A DNA stretch of 63,534 bases, the filler included, from Asterionella formosa (taxonomy: Eukaryota), in assembly GCA_002256025.1 (NCBI GenBank). It is 8 parts of 8 records of this genome, joined end to end, with 100 filler letters (N's around TTAATTAATTAA, not from the genome) between each part and the next. Parts side by side here need not be neighbours in the genome. Positions count along the whole stretch, not along the records: positions 1 to 18,992 come from NKIB01003872.1; positions 19,093 to 38,074 come from NKIB01003878.1; 6 more parts are not named here. One strand, written 5' to 3'. Numbering within the stretch: position 1 is the stretch's first letter; the number at the start of each line of letters is the position of its first letter. The translations under genes and the position numbers were made by a program. This document shows positions 11,649-24,480 of this stretch, one piece after another. The notes under the pieces were generated by a model. It worked only from the letters and a program-made list of their open reading frames with translations, had not been told where the DNA came from and did no database searches.

Positions 11649-13225
11649 AATTTCGGGTAAGTAACTATGGTTGCTTTGGGATTTATGTTACCGGTAGTTT
11701 GTGTTCAATGACGTGATAAACATTTACAATATTCTCCAGAGTAATAAATATTGCAAAGCATTCCTTTTTTAGCATGACATGAATGTCGGATGGTAATACC
11801 GGTATGGTCTATACCTATTATGTACGGAGTACACATATTATATACATTCAATCCTACCGTCCGAAATTGTGCAATCAGTCATTTCTTCTGTGGAACCAAC
11901 CATAAGCAATAGCCATCAACCAACCTACCGGTAACATCAACTATTTACTTATACCAGACATTGAATTAAGTCATTTTAGTATTCTCATATACATAGATAT
12001 TTATGTAATGCAACTGACTACCGGTATTTGGTCGATATACATATAATAAATTCGTATTTGGAAAAGAATGGTGCAGTCATCATAAAGCTTGTTCGATCTT
12101 GCTTCATCTTCTGCGTGTTCAAAGAAGTCAAAAGAGCACCACGGTTCAGAAGGCATCGGATATGCTGCTTCACTATTGGCCGCTTTGCAATATGTGATCG
12201 TGGTGTCTAAATGACCCTTATATTTGGCATCAATATTCTTTATCTCGTCCAATCCATCGTAGTAACTTCTTCTATTCATAGCATGGTATTCGCCTCGGCC
12301 CTCACTCATCCTTGACCAGGCCCTTGGACGTCGTGCTACCAGGTACCTGGTACCAGGTACTCTGGAACCAGGTACCGGTGGTACCAATATTCGTAATTTT
12401 AGAATGACTTTGTACAAGGCCTCATCAATTTTCACTTGTGCCTGATTTTTAGTTCATGACTTCCAATACCGGTACCGGTACCGGTACAGGCAACCTATTG
12501 GTACCAGGTACCAGAGTAATTTTTCCATCAATCATGTTTGTGCATAATGTATGCATGTGTCTTATGATGTGCTCGTTATTTTGTCAAGGCATTTACAGTC
12601 TAGTATCATACCTGGTATTACATTTTTCTGTTTTCAAAGCTTATGATGTACTCATAATTGTGTCAAGACATTCACAGCCTATTATCATAACCAGGTACCT
12701 GGTACCAGTCTCAGATGAGGGAATGTACCCTGGTAACAGGTACCAGGTATCAGTAAAAAATTGAATTGACCCCCCTGTTTTGTTATAAAAATCATTCATT
12801 TTCTATTTCTTGAACTCTAGATTATCTCTTGAGCATCTATCAGATGGAGTCATACTGTTTCTTCTCAGCCGATTGGGCTTCGATTTTTATTAAAATTAGG
12901 TCAGAAATGGCAATCGAAAAAAAGCGCAAAGAAGCATAGATTATCCCAAGTTTGGAGTTCTCATTTTATATTGTGTACAATGTTGGATATAAATTCCTTG
13001 CATTTGATGTCTTATCCATAACCTTGTTGATACTATTTCTGTAAATAAACATATATATTAGATGATACGACGCGCCCAAATAATTCATAGAATAGGATAC
13101 ATACCAGTAGCTATTTAAAATATGCACGAAGTAGAATGCTATACTAGTACCAGAAAATTGAAATTTACCCTGATGGGTATGTATGATGTATTTTTTATGC
13201 TTCAACACTCACAATATTGAGCATC

Positions 13226-14453
13226 ATGCCGAAGACAAGAAAACCACCAGACACAAGCCTGATCTCATTAAAGAGATGATAGACATTGCTACTGAAATGG
13301 CATTGTTGAAAGTAAGCCAACAACAGTGGTCAACTTCCATATAATGAACTGACCAAAGCAGTCAATGAAATGAAGAGTAAACTCCCAGCCATGGTTGACA
13401 GTTGTTAAAGTCAAATACTATATCAACAAGATAAAACAAAAATGCGGTTCAAGACGAGATGTTGCTTCTGCTCCTAATCCCAGCAGCCACCAGCAAAATG
13501 AATCACAAACAAGCAGTGCAATGTCTAATTTTCCAATGGATGGGATAAATGTATAACTGTCTAATAATTTTGAGATTTTCTCCGTCATATCTGGTGTAAG
13601 TGTTGGATGAATATGAAGAAAATAGTTCTATTTGCTATGGACTTCTTAACTAGAGCTGCTCCTTCTACAATTGTCACTATTAGCACTTCTTTTGGAGGTC
13701 GTCCAAAGGGAACTGCAACTGCCCTTAGCACTGCCATGGCGAAATTGGCCATGCAGTGCGTTACGAACTCAGCAGAAGAATTTATGAGTGTGAGAGAGGA
13801 GGAAGAAAGAAAGAAATGCAAACGAGCAGGCAAATGCACACTAACCTGCATGATTGAGACGTGGAAGGAGTCGCTTGGTATTCCTCCTGCTGTTGTTATT
13901 AACAAAGAAACAGTTAGAACAAGGACCAAAAGACTCAACCCCAGAGGGCTGAAAGAAGCAGTCACCTCACCAATTTCGGAAGGCGAACCATATATATTGT
14001 TGAGCTAATTGATCAGCTATCAAAATTCAGGTCGCCAATCACATGTTGTAAGGGACTTCAACTTGCAAACTCACTTATTTCTGGGAAGTCCGTTTTGGAA
14101 TCAGTTGATCAATGGAAGAAGAGATATTGCATTTCATTCAGAGACCAAGATGGAGCGAAAGACACAAAGGTACTGGGAATGGGTTACTGGAGGGCCAGGG
14201 CTTCATGAAAAGGAATGGGCACAAAGTCAAAGCAAAGAAAAGAATGAATTCAATTGCAAGTTGGCCGATTGATGTCCATATGCAAACTTTGAACTGATGT
14301 ATAACAAGACATACAAGTAAATGGTAAAGGGAGGAATTGCAGAAGATTTTGACGAGGAGATGTGGCTCAATAAAGAAGGTAACATAGTTGCCAGTGAAGA
14401 GAAGTCATTTGGAATGAAGGCAAAGTACATGTTGAAGCATCCAGGGAAGTTAG
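13226..14453 (+). mobile_element. Decayed pogo/Tc1-mariner-like transposase 5' part, truncated by the downstream TIR element
   Basis: Frameshifted reading with ...FMKRNGHK..., NFELMYNK and MWLNKEGNIVASEEKSFGMKAKYMLKHPGKL, resembling the region just before the first catalytic Asp of stramenopile pogo-like transposases. Multiple stops. Confidence 0.55.
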
Positions 14454-14700
14454 TAACGTTTTACTCTGCATAAGTTCAAAAAGTTACTGATTAAGCTAAA
14501 ATTTATTATATCGGAAATAATTTTGATATATCAATAACTTTTTCTGTTTGATCAATTCAATTTATATCTTAGGTTCTGCCTCTACACATATCACGTTATT
14601 TGTATGTAAAAACTTGTACCAGATAATTACATAATGAACTTTGTGCATCGGTTCTTTGTTGCCATTCTGATTTGAACACTTTACATGCGTTAACGTTGTT

Positions 14701-15290
14701 ATTCTAAAAAGGGGAATATGTGAATGCTGATAGGGCAAGTCTACATTTTAACAGTACTGAAGCGGTAAGCAATGCCATACTTACATACTCCATAAGCACT
14801 GGAATATTACTGATGCATATGCATGGTACCAGTAGTGAGTATATGTACTACATACCGATCATTGCTAGAGAAAATTTTATTCTAACAAAAGTAATGATGC
14901 AGGGAATGCTGGCAGGGCAAGTCTATGTTTTGACAGTACTGAGGCGGTAAACACTATTCTAACAAATGGAATATGTGAATGCTGGTAGGACAAGTCTACG
15001 TGTTGACAGCACTGAAGCAGTAGGCGATGCCATCCCTACATACTCCGTATGCACTGGAATATTGCTGATGCATATGCATGCTGGATGGTACCAGTAGTGT
15101 AGTATATGTACTACATACCAACCACTGCTAGAATAAATGTCATTCTAACAAAGAAAGAACAACAACGCGAAGAAATCTGGCGGGGCAAGTTTATGTTTTG
15201 ACAGTACTGAAGCGGTTAACATTATTCTAACAAATGGAATATGGGAATGCTGGTAGGACAAGTCTATGTTTTGACAGTACTGAACCGATA
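14701..15290. repeat. Higher-order tandem repeat (about 260-bp period, five CAAGTCTA..TTGACAGTACTGA core copies)
   Basis: Cores near 14735, 14918, 14991, 15185 and 15259, with alternating long and short spacing. Confidence 0.85.
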
Positions 15291-15628
15291 ATTGATTCCA
15301 CCTTGCTTATGTACACAGCAGCCATCGATCCGCAATGGTGCAAAGTAAATACTTTCACCATCATATTCTTGCCATGAGTAGCAGCCAGGTAGTATTACCA
15401 ATACACATGAACATAACTGACACCTATAATATATAACAAAGTTGTTTATTATTCATGCCTATTAGGACATACATAATCTGAAGGCAGGATAACTTTGATG
15501 TATTTTTTGATGAATGTTATCAGGGGTTACATGACAGATCAATAACTGGTGGTGTCCACTATGCGGCTACAAAGTGAGGAAACATCGGAAACCATCGAGA
15601 TTGCATCACAAAATTTGCTCTATTTGCA

Positions 15629-16690
15629 TCATATTCTTGCCATGATTATCAATGTGAATGATGGTATGGTCAAATGTATTGCATGTTTCTCATCTGCACA
15701 ATTATCCCATACATTTAAACAGTTTGCTCTTAAACTAGAGACAACGACATCATTATCATTTCCCAAGAAGGCATAGGTGCCGTTTTTTTCTTTCGCATTC
15801 TGTTGGTGTAAAATCTTGGTGTGGTCTCTGAGGTTTTGGGTAGCCATTCTTTCCGGAATTGGTGAACAACAAAGTGGCAGTGTGTGTTATAAATCTGTCG
15901 CTATTACCGAGACATCATCGGAACCTGGTAGTAACAAGCACTTTATCATATGCCAAAATGATTTTTCATTTGGCAGATCTAGCTTTGAATATTTTAAGCT
16001 GTCAGTATAATTCTTGAAAGGAAACACTTGCACGGCTTTTCCTTCCATGGTATTTGCAAGTGCTTTATATGTTGCAGTCGTTTTGAATGTTTGTTTCAAC
16101 AAACAAATAGGAGGGTTATAGATTTTCTCGGAAGTACGAAAAGATTTCGCCACATGTAAAAATGGATTGTCTTTTTCTTCCGTTCCAAAAATCTCATCTG
16201 GAAGGAAAGGTAAATTGAGGAAAAACTTGCATTCTTGTTCAATTCCATCGATAATATATAGGAAGCTATCTGTTATCAGAACTGTTTTGATTAACCGTAA
16301 TGAATCAGTGATGAAACATAGGTAATCGTCTATTTCTGCTGCATTTGGTGGTATATTGTTGTCTTTCTGATATAATTTAAAATCTCGAGGAAAGTGAGTT
16401 TTCCATAGAATCATTGCTGGTCCTATATGATTCCGAAAGTTCCTTGAAGTTCCAAATGATGTTTTGTTAAACAAGCCAGACTCTAGGACCACATAGAATT
16501 TGATGAGAGCAAAATCCAGGACACTATCATCTGTCTCTCCTTGCCTTTGTCATCATGATCAAAGTATCTAACCAGTAAGAGTTGCTCCTTACTCTTCTGT
16601 TGTCTCTTGAACAGACATAAAATACGCCATAGAAACACTTTTTTCCTGAATGAACAATCTGCAATCGGTATCCCCTTCACAACCAAGACA
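15629..16690 (-). pseudogene. Interrupted ORF of unknown function inside the TIR element
   Basis: Collinear minus-strand ORF pieces 16483-16686, 15887-16492 and 15629-15847, broken by a frameshift and a stop. No motif recognised. Confidence 0.4.
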
Positions 16691-16916
16691 TTCCATTCCT
16701 TGTATCACTTGGAACATTTGCCATTCCACCAGATAACAAGTTATATATTGCACTATCGATAGCGTGCAAATGTCAAGAGAAACATGACTGTAACAGAAGG
16801 AAGCAGAAAGGGATATTGGCCTGTCAACTATAGGATTAGACAGTGGGTGAGTGCTGGATCGGTAAGCAATGTCATACCGACAAAATCAGTACCTGGTAAT
16901 TGACATTAGATTGGTA

Positions 16917-17143
16917 GCGCAAAACTACAGTTTCATAGTACCAGCGCAGTAATAGGTATAGTTTCACAGTAGCCGCGTCATGTTCCGACCGGGTATTGAA
17001 ACAAGGGGAAGACAGGAATGCTGGTAGTAGGGCAAAGCTACAGTTTCATAGTACCAGTGTAGTGATAGGTACAGTTTCACAGTAGCCATGTCATGTTCCA
17101 ACTGGGTACTGGTATTGAAACAAGGAGAAAACAGGAATGCTGG
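16917..17143. repeat. Tandem duplication of about 115 bp
   Basis: CTACAGTTTCATAGTACCAG...TTTCACAGTAGCC...GGTATTGAAACAAGG...CAGGAATGCTGG occurs twice. Confidence 0.85.
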
Positions 17144-17277
17144 TTTTACCGGTAGTAGATGATTCGAAACCACCAGTAGACATACATTGGACAAAGATTT
17201 TTTTCTTCAGATGACGACGAATGGTGCACACACAATGCACCTTTGTTATTATATTGTCATATACCAGTTGCTAATAC

Positions 17278-17856
17278 ATGATAACTTCACTCTCAAAGAA
17301 GGATAACATTGACGTCTTGCTAGATAGACATATGTCATCATCTGTTACACAGCGGATCTATAACTGGTGTCCACTATGCGGTTACAAGGTTAGGAAAAAT
17401 CGGGAACCATCCAAACTTCATCACAAAGTTTGTTCAAATCGTTCTTTTCTACCATTTGGTTACTGTCGTGTGGTTTGTTCTCAGGAACACCAGATAGATC
17501 CAACGATTGTGACCTCATTGCGATTTTGTTTTGTAACATTTTCTAATCATGATATCAACGGCAGAACTGGATCTGATTACATTCCGACATCATCTGTTAA
17601 TGTGTCATTCCCAAAAGAAAATGATACTTTCCCAGATGGGTGGTGGGATATTGCCACTATAGAGGAACAAGAAAAGACTATACACATTGATTCGATTTCA
17701 GGAAAAAGATACAGTATGTTGAAAACTATGAATGAAGAAGGATTTTTGCTGGATCAAGCGAAACATATTCCTCTCCCAAAACATTTGGGTATTTCCAGAA
17801 GGGAAACATTAGCAATGGATATACGTGAGGTGGTACATGTGGTAATGTTGTCATAA
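17278..17856 (+). CDS. Hypothetical element-borne protein with CxxC...HxxxC putative zinc finger
   Basis: 192-aa ATG-started ORF containing WCPLCGYKVRKNREPSKLHHKVC. A degenerate paralogue lies at about 15545-15645. Confidence 0.5.
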   Translation: MITSLSKKDNIDVLLDRHMSSSVTQRIYNWCPLCGYKVRKNREPSKLHHKVCSNRSFLPFGYCRVVCSQEHQIDPTIVTSLRFCFVTFSNHDINGRTGSDYIPTSSVNVSFPKENDTFPDGWWDIATIEEQEKTIHIDSISGKRYSMLKTMNEEGFLLDQAKHIPLPKHLGISRRETLAMDIREVVHVVMLS

Positions 17857-19092
17857 CCAGATATAGATTCTATTGATCGAACAGATAATGATGTTGAAAT
17901 ATCAAAATAATTTCCGATGAAACAGCAAATTTGCAAAATCAATAACTTTTGGTACATACATTTGATTAGTTTTTACATATGCATAACAACGTCATATGTG
18001 TAAAACCATAACCTGAGATAAAAACTTGATTGATCAAACACAGTCAATTATCGATGTATCAAAATTATTTTCGGTAGAATAAAAATTTAGCTTAATCCAA
18101 AACTTTTTCATCATATGCTGAGTAAAACGTTAGACTAACGGAAATTTTATTCACAGACGCACCAACACATCTTCCACTACTCCACCTCACTATGGGCCAT
18201 GAAGCGCAAAAACGCCAAATCTAGAAATAGGCTAGGATAACGGCGTTTATAAAAATGATTGATATATAATCAGTAACCAGGTGGAATACCAATAATACTA
18301 TTTACGTAATATAGAATTTCCTATCTGGGTTTTGTTACTAGTAACTACATAGCAGCTAAACAATTCGAAAGGAATTTATTTAGCTGACGTCCGCGCCATC
18401 TACCGGTACATGATTTCCCCTATTGTACATGGTACATACCAGCACGTAGACCATACACAATGTTTTTCTACAGAGTACCTGGTACCCTGGTACCAGGGAC
18501 CAGGTACCCTGATACTTTACTGTTATTGGTAAAATTCAACCCAAGTTGTATTTTTCTGTAGACCCCTGGTATTGTCCTACTCGGGACATGATGGTACCTT
18601 GACAGTATTGACAACATTTTACCGTGGTAAAATTAGGTACTGACCTCCAAGAATTTCAACCCGGTTGCATTGGCGGTTGAATTTTTCCTCTTCTTTTGGT
18701 TGAATTTTCAACTCAGATTAGTCGTATATTGTTGTAACCTCTTGGGAAATTCAACCACTGCACCATCATAAATCAATCTTATTTGTCCATGTACGTAAGA
18801 TTTATATATAGTACTACCTGGTACTCGGAGGACCAGGAACCACCACCAGGTAACTGGTGCCATACTACCGGTAGATGGTTGCCCACACACCAATATTTAT
18901 AGAAGGCTTCCTGAATAGACTATTTACAGGTAATATAGACTGATATATACATAAACATCATATATATTTTAAATTAAAGCAAAACTAGGCAGNNNNNNNN
19001 NNNNNNNNNNNNNNNNNNNNNNNNNNNNNNNNNNNNTTAATTAATTAANNNNNNNNNNNNNNNNNNNNNNNNNNNNNNNNNNNNNNNNNNNN

Positions 19093-19625
19093 CAGGCTAC
19101 TACAGCGATGCGCATGGTTGCAGAAACCAGACCATTTACGCTACATAACGATGTAGGTCAAGATTGGGTTCAGCTTTTCCCTTCTTATTTTGGTCTTCGA
19201 TTGTGTGGTGATGGAAAGTCAATGTTGCCTGCTGGTGTGTAAGTACTACAATGATTCACAATGCATACGTCTCCATTGGAACTCTTATTTTTTATTTCAT
19301 TTCTAACCCAAAACAATTTTTTCTATTTCTCATTTGATGCTACTTATTACATCGCATTGCATACTTTGGTTGCTCCAAACATCATGTTCAATTTTCATTG
19401 ATGTTGCATGTTACAATCATTCTCGTGTGTTTTACGCTTGTTGTACCATCTCCATGCATATTACCGTTATTTTGGTTGTCATGCTAAAATCGGCAATTTT
19501 ATTGCCGAAAAATTCGATGTGCCCCATATTGCCCTTAAATAAAAATTACTTAAGAAATTACTTAGAGACTAAAAATTACTTAGAAGTACCCGAATGGCAA
19601 GACGATAGCTGGAGAGGGAATTGCC
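19093..19625. mobile_element. Right end of a GGCAAT-TIR element (same family as 46398-48573)
   Basis: 19487-19625 aligns with 48440-48573 (TGCCGAAAAAT..TGTGCCCCATATTGCCC..AAATTACTTA..GACGATAGCT..ATTGCC). The left part is lost in a gap. Confidence 0.65.
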
Positions 19626-19887
19626 TCAATAATACCCTTCTTGGCGGCTACTTGCCTTCTAGTAAACATGTGTACTCGCAGGCAAGAGACCACCTCGGGC
19701 GTCTATTGCCTCCAGCAACCAGTATGGCCGGGCTTTTTCAGCTGGTCTACCTCAAAAAATATACATGTGCACATCTCTCATTCACTGATTTATTACGTTC
19801 ACCAATTCCAAGGACGAGTTGGAATCAATTGTGTTTCTTTCGCTTACGTCTCTGTCCTCGCCTTCTCTGAAGTCGTAGAGTTTCAAA

Positions 19888-21000
19888 ATGGCTCGTCGTC
19901 GCTTGAAAGGGCCACGCAATTGGAATTGCAATTTTCGTCGATGGGTTGACTGCCAGTATCTTCCTCATGGTATTTATTCCTTGTTACCAACATCGTTAGC
20001 TTGTATGGCGTTCTGGGTGACGCTTGTTCAGGATGGTTGCGACTACGCAAGGCTAGAGGGAAGAAATGTCGAATTAATTACCGGATCTGACGTTCTGCCT
20101 TATTTAGAAGTTGGTTTTTCACAGTATCGTGCACCATTATTCTTCCCTACTTCTGGCGAATGGACGATGGTGTACACTGAGGAATGCTTGGATTACCCGA
20201 TTGATCAGGACGTGGATGTCCTCTGGAAGATGGCTAGGTGGCTATCTTTTTTCAGTTCTGTTATTGGAGGAGGAGTTGCTCTGTTTCTCTGGTTTACCAC
20301 ATGCTTCACGTTCTCCGTTCGCACGTGGCGATTCTGTGCTGTTGAAGCAGGGCTCGCTGCTTTATTGCAAGCCGGTTCGTTTTTGTTCCTTTTGTCGGGT
20401 ATATGCTCTGCAAATGGCAGTTCATGTTCACTCTATTTTGGGAGTCGCATGGATATTACTGCCATTGTCCTATGGCTTCTCACTTCAGCCGCTATGTTCG
20501 CCCATTATCCTGATCTTAAACTTCGTGTATTCACTGACGAAGAATTTAACAAGGAAATAACAAAGGGAACGTTTGGTGCTAATAATGAGGATAACTTAAG
20601 ACCGAAGAATTTCTCCGTGCTGTATACAGGCTCACAGAGTAACCGTTTCCCTGCGCAAAACAATGAGGAGGGCGAGCATTATCAAGACATTAATCGGTTG
20701 GTCCACAATGAATGGCCAATCACTTCAAGATCGAATAGGTACAATGATGGCAATTATGATCAATCCCTCTGTAACAAAGGGGAAGAGTCGTTGTTTGGAA
20801 AGGATGAAGACTCTGTTTCCTCTCGAGAGCAATCTATTTATTCCAAAGGTGCATTTGGTGGTCAATCTGTGTATTCACAGAGTGTTGGGACTACCGGGGA
20901 TGCACAATCCTACCACTCCACCGCATATGAAGATCAGTCTTATTTTGATCAGCAATCGACAGCGCATGGCGAGACCCCACTCAAGGGAATCTATTTATAG
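19888..21000 (+). CDS. Four-TM claudin/PMP22-like membrane protein with long disordered C-tail
   Basis: 370-aa intact ORF. Four hydrophobic segments with Cys-containing extracellular loops (DGCDY, EECLDY, ICSANGSSCSL) and an acidic Ser/Gln-rich tail. Confidence 0.65.
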   Translation: MARRRLKGPRNWNCNFRRWVDCQYLPHGIYSLLPTSLACMAFWVTLVQDGCDYARLEGRNVELITGSDVLPYLEVGFSQYRAPLFFPTSGEWTMVYTEECLDYPIDQDVDVLWKMARWLSFFSSVIGGGVALFLWFTTCFTFSVRTWRFCAVEAGLAALLQAGSFLFLLSGICSANGSSCSLYFGSRMDITAIVLWLLTSAAMFAHYPDLKLRVFTDEEFNKEITKGTFGANNEDNLRPKNFSVLYTGSQSNRFPAQNNEEGEHYQDINRLVHNEWPITSRSNRYNDGNYDQSLCNKGEESLFGKDEDSVSSREQSIYSKGAFGGQSVYSQSVGTTGDAQSYHSTAYEDQSYFDQQSTAHGETPLKGIYL

Positions 21001-22042
21001 GGCAAGTGCCTTATTTCCATTCTCTCAATACCCTTGAATGATACCAATTTTAAAAAACCAGATGTCATAACAAGAATACTTGCGGCAGCTGTGGGCCCAC
21101 CGTTAGATCACGCTGAGGAAGTAGAACGAGCCATGATGACAATAATGCTGTCATTTGATGTGAATTACTTTTGCGGTAGTTTTTTTTGCTTGGAGGCAAG
21201 ACAAAGGAAATCCATACTACTGAGGCCGGCAGTACATACAGGGAATGTAATAGTTCTATAGATTAAACTCCAAGCTCATTAAAAAAAATTCCTAGTCGAA
21301 GGGCACACAGCTAGCAACAATAACATAGTTCTTAGCTTCATCACATACCCGTATTTTCCTTTTGCATAATATGCTTTTGTATGTACTCCAGCAAGGTGCG
21401 GTCGTTTTCCTAAAATGGACAACATAGCACTGGACAGGCACTTAGGCCCCACCCTGTCTTACAGTGCCCGAAACGAAGATTGACTCGCCTGGATACCTGT
21501 TGGGCGTTTAATCTTGCTTCGTATTTTCGCCCCTTACGGGGCTTAATAGCTCGCAAATCCACCCGAATAACCATCATCATGGCATTAACATCTCCACGCT
21601 AGACAATCAATATAGCTTCGAAGTCCTCCAAAATGCAACAGCTTCCAGCCCTCTGGGCGGCACATCACCCTTTACAAGGTACTTGCCCAAGATGCATCCC
21701 TCTCCAATATCCTAGCCTAAATGATCGCCATCCCCTTTAAACTTGGCTTTGCTCCAGCCCGCTGGCTCACCGTCACAAAAATCATTTTCGAAAACCATGT
21801 TTACCAAATTTGGTCAACACAAACACAAATTTTTTACAGTTATGAGTAACAGTGCATTATATAAAAAGATGTTTAGGCATGAATGACTATATAGAATTTC
21901 CTGGAATATTTCAAGGCTTGCTTGCTCATACTCAAAATGGCTTGCTCTTGCCAAAATAGGTACTGGGTATGCATATTGCATAGCGTTACACATCAATCAA
22001 CCTCTTCAATACATCGATTGTCATCACTTTTAGATTTCGACC

Positions 22043-23239
22043 ATGTCTTCATCTTCTTCTTGTCAAAGGAGAGCAGCCAGGGAGGGCTTCCCTTCCTCTC
22101 CAAGGCTGCTTGAATGTCTCCGTCACCAACAAGAGCAACAACAGACTCAACCAGAAGAAGAGGAAGAGGAGGAGGACGACGATGACGACGACGAGAATGA
22201 AGATGACACTGGTGCTGATGAGTTTGCCAGCAACGATGAGGACAGTAGGATGGGTGTCACAGGTGTTTCTCAGATTGGTGTTTCTAGGGTTACTCAGTCC
22301 CCATCAAGGAACAACAACTATATTTCACATGCTCCTACTAGTTCAGTTGCAAGAACGGCAACTGCCAGGCAACCACCAACGTTTCCAAGAGCTCGCAGAA
22401 GCATGCAGAGTCGGGGTCAACAGTTCAGGATCAATGAGATTCTCTCATTGCTGGAAGCCATTTCTACTCACCTGCCAATTGGGTCCCATGAATGGGAAGT
22501 TGTTGCATCATAGCACAACGAAAATTTCCCAGACAAAGAACAGACAGGACCTTCACTTCGCCGAAAGTTTTCACAGCTACACAAAGTTAAGAAACCAACT
22601 GGGGACCCAACATGCCCTGCTGAGGTGAGATATGCCAAACAAATTTTCGAAGAATCGAGCAACGAGCAGATGCAAGTGCTGAGATTGAATCCAATGATCT
22701 TGGAATAGAGAGTGAGCACAATGAGCCCCATATTGATGAGCCAAATGTTGATGATGATTTTATAGCAATTTCTGGGGAGAGTGAAGACAATGGTGAAGCA
22801 ACATCTGCCTCTTATGCTAATTTCTCTGGTTCAAGATGTCCTCAACCTATGGTGTCCCCTAGATTTAGAGATAAGGCAGTGTCGAGCAATACTGGGTCTG
22901 TTGAGAAAGTGCTTTCTCTTCTTTTGACGCAGTTGCTTCACAAGGCTACTCGAACTGATACTGATAACCTGCAGCAGCAACAGAACATGATGATGGTGTC
23001 AATCATCATTGTTGTTGAATTGTGGGGTATCTCAAACAACCACCTCCACTGACCGTGCTGATCTCATTCAGGCAACAATCAATTCAATTATTGCTTCAAA
23101 CATGATTTCATTGCAGCAAACAATGCAAAGCCAAAATCCAACCTCAACAGTAGGTGCCAATGCACAACAAACTTTGTCTGCCTCAACTCAATGTCAAACA
23201 CCAAAAGACAACAGCGGTAGTAGTAGTGATAATGAATAA
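22043..23239 (+). pseudogene. Harbinger-associated Myb/SANT-like DNA-binding protein, disrupted
   Basis: FRINEILSLLEAISTHLPIGSHEWEVVAS*HNENFP...SLRRKFSQLHKVKKPTGDPTCPAEVRYAK; in-frame stop at 22511 and a frameshift. Confidence 0.7.
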
Positions 23240-23314
23240 CCTTAAATTAATTCATTCTAATATAATATGAAAGAAGTGGTGGTAAATAATCATGAATGAA
23301 TAATTTCTTTGAAT

Positions 23315-24480
23315 TACATGGCATATCTATTAGCATTCCTATGCAAATAGGGCATATACACTGAAGCAATTTGGTTCTGACCAATTTTGCTAGCTCGAAA
23401 GTTGTAGAGCAATGAAATCATTTGGAGAATTAATTTTCTCTCATCTTTTTTTTTATAACGAAATTTGTCTTTGATTCTCGGAAATGATCCCTAAAGGCAT
23501 CGCATTCCCCATTCCGACAGCTGTCGGATTGAGTTGGCTTGGCGATTTATACCAAATCTTTGTCGAGTGTTACCACTTGCATCAATATTATTTTGAAGCG
23601 ATTTCAACATTGTATTTGATTTCTTAGATGAAATGGTGAATCCACAGCTACTTTTTACCAGTATCCCTGTAAACTGTTTCAATCTGATCATAGATCGATG
23701 ACCAAATTGCCATGGTGGAGTCATGTAGAACACCATATGAGCAGCGAATTTTGCCATCAGGCGAAAAAAGAAACAAGTTTGCAACACAGTGTTCATAAGT
23801 CCATCCATTTTAGAAGTTGTTCTGCTGTGTTTCATTTCCAGTCTATTGCAGTGTCAGTTTCAGACCATCCATTGCTCCCCAACAATTTGTTATAAGTGGT
23901 TATTTCTGATTGATCATGGTTGCAAACAAGGTGGCTTCGTCTGTAGTAGGCAGTCTCACAACGGCATCTTTATGTGTCAGCAGTACTTTTACATTCATTT
24001 GCCTTGAAAACCTCAACCAAACACTCAATGAACCATGAGTTAATCCGAGTATAGTCTGAAGAATCATGTAGGAACCACGAATTCTGGTCCATGCTAGCTA
24101 ACCCAAGCGCTAGACAACTGATGGAACACAGGTATCTTTGCCGACCTTTCTTGGTTGTTGAATTTCTAACAATGAAATCAGTATTTTTCCTACAGGGAGT
24201 AAAGGAATAAAAACAAGGTTTGAACAGCTGGTGTAGGAGCTCGAAAGAAGCATGGTCAAACCCACACAAGGTAATCAGAGCATCATCATGCTTGCTGTTG
24301 AACAAAGTCCAGAATGGACTCGATAATGGATGCTGTAGTGTGTGGCAACGGATTTTGCCACTTCTTCTTCTAACCTCATCAACAGTCAAACTTTCCCTGA
24401 TCGATGGCGTTTAATTTACTGGTGGATAGCACATTGCTAAAAGTAGCAATGTGATCATAATGTCATCATCATCATCATCA
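23315..24480 (-). pseudogene. Harbinger DDE transposase (DDE_Tnp_4-like), disrupted
   Basis: DDALITLCGFDHASF (N-terminal) and RQANSIRQLSEWGMRCL*GSFPRIK...LLYNFRASKIGQNQI (C-terminal) motifs; several frameshifts. Confidence 0.8.

Larger units (their letters stand above)
14456..18130. mobile_element. 3.7-kb element with about 170-bp imperfect TIRs, flanked by TA; no recognisable transposase
   Basis: Left end ACGTTTTACTCTGCATAAG...GATTAAGCTAAAATTTTATT is the reverse complement of right end ...AATAAAAATTTAGCTTAATC...ATGCTGAGTAAAACGT. TA at 14454-55 and 18131-32. Confidence 0.8.

Noticed and set aside
12001..12435. 144-aa minus-strand ORF
   Set aside because: The 5' half is made of GGTACC-motif low-complexity sequence; the rest has no motif I can identify.
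14701..15290. Repeat-spacer-like periodicity resembling a CRISPR array
   Set aside because: The intervening sequences are themselves duplicated, the context is eukaryotic, and there are no cas genes; it is a higher-order tandem repeat.
19037..19048. TTAATTAATTAA between N runs, repeated at every scaffold gap
   Set aside because: Artificial scaffolding spacer with stops in all frames; it is not biological, and ORFs ending there are truncated artificially.
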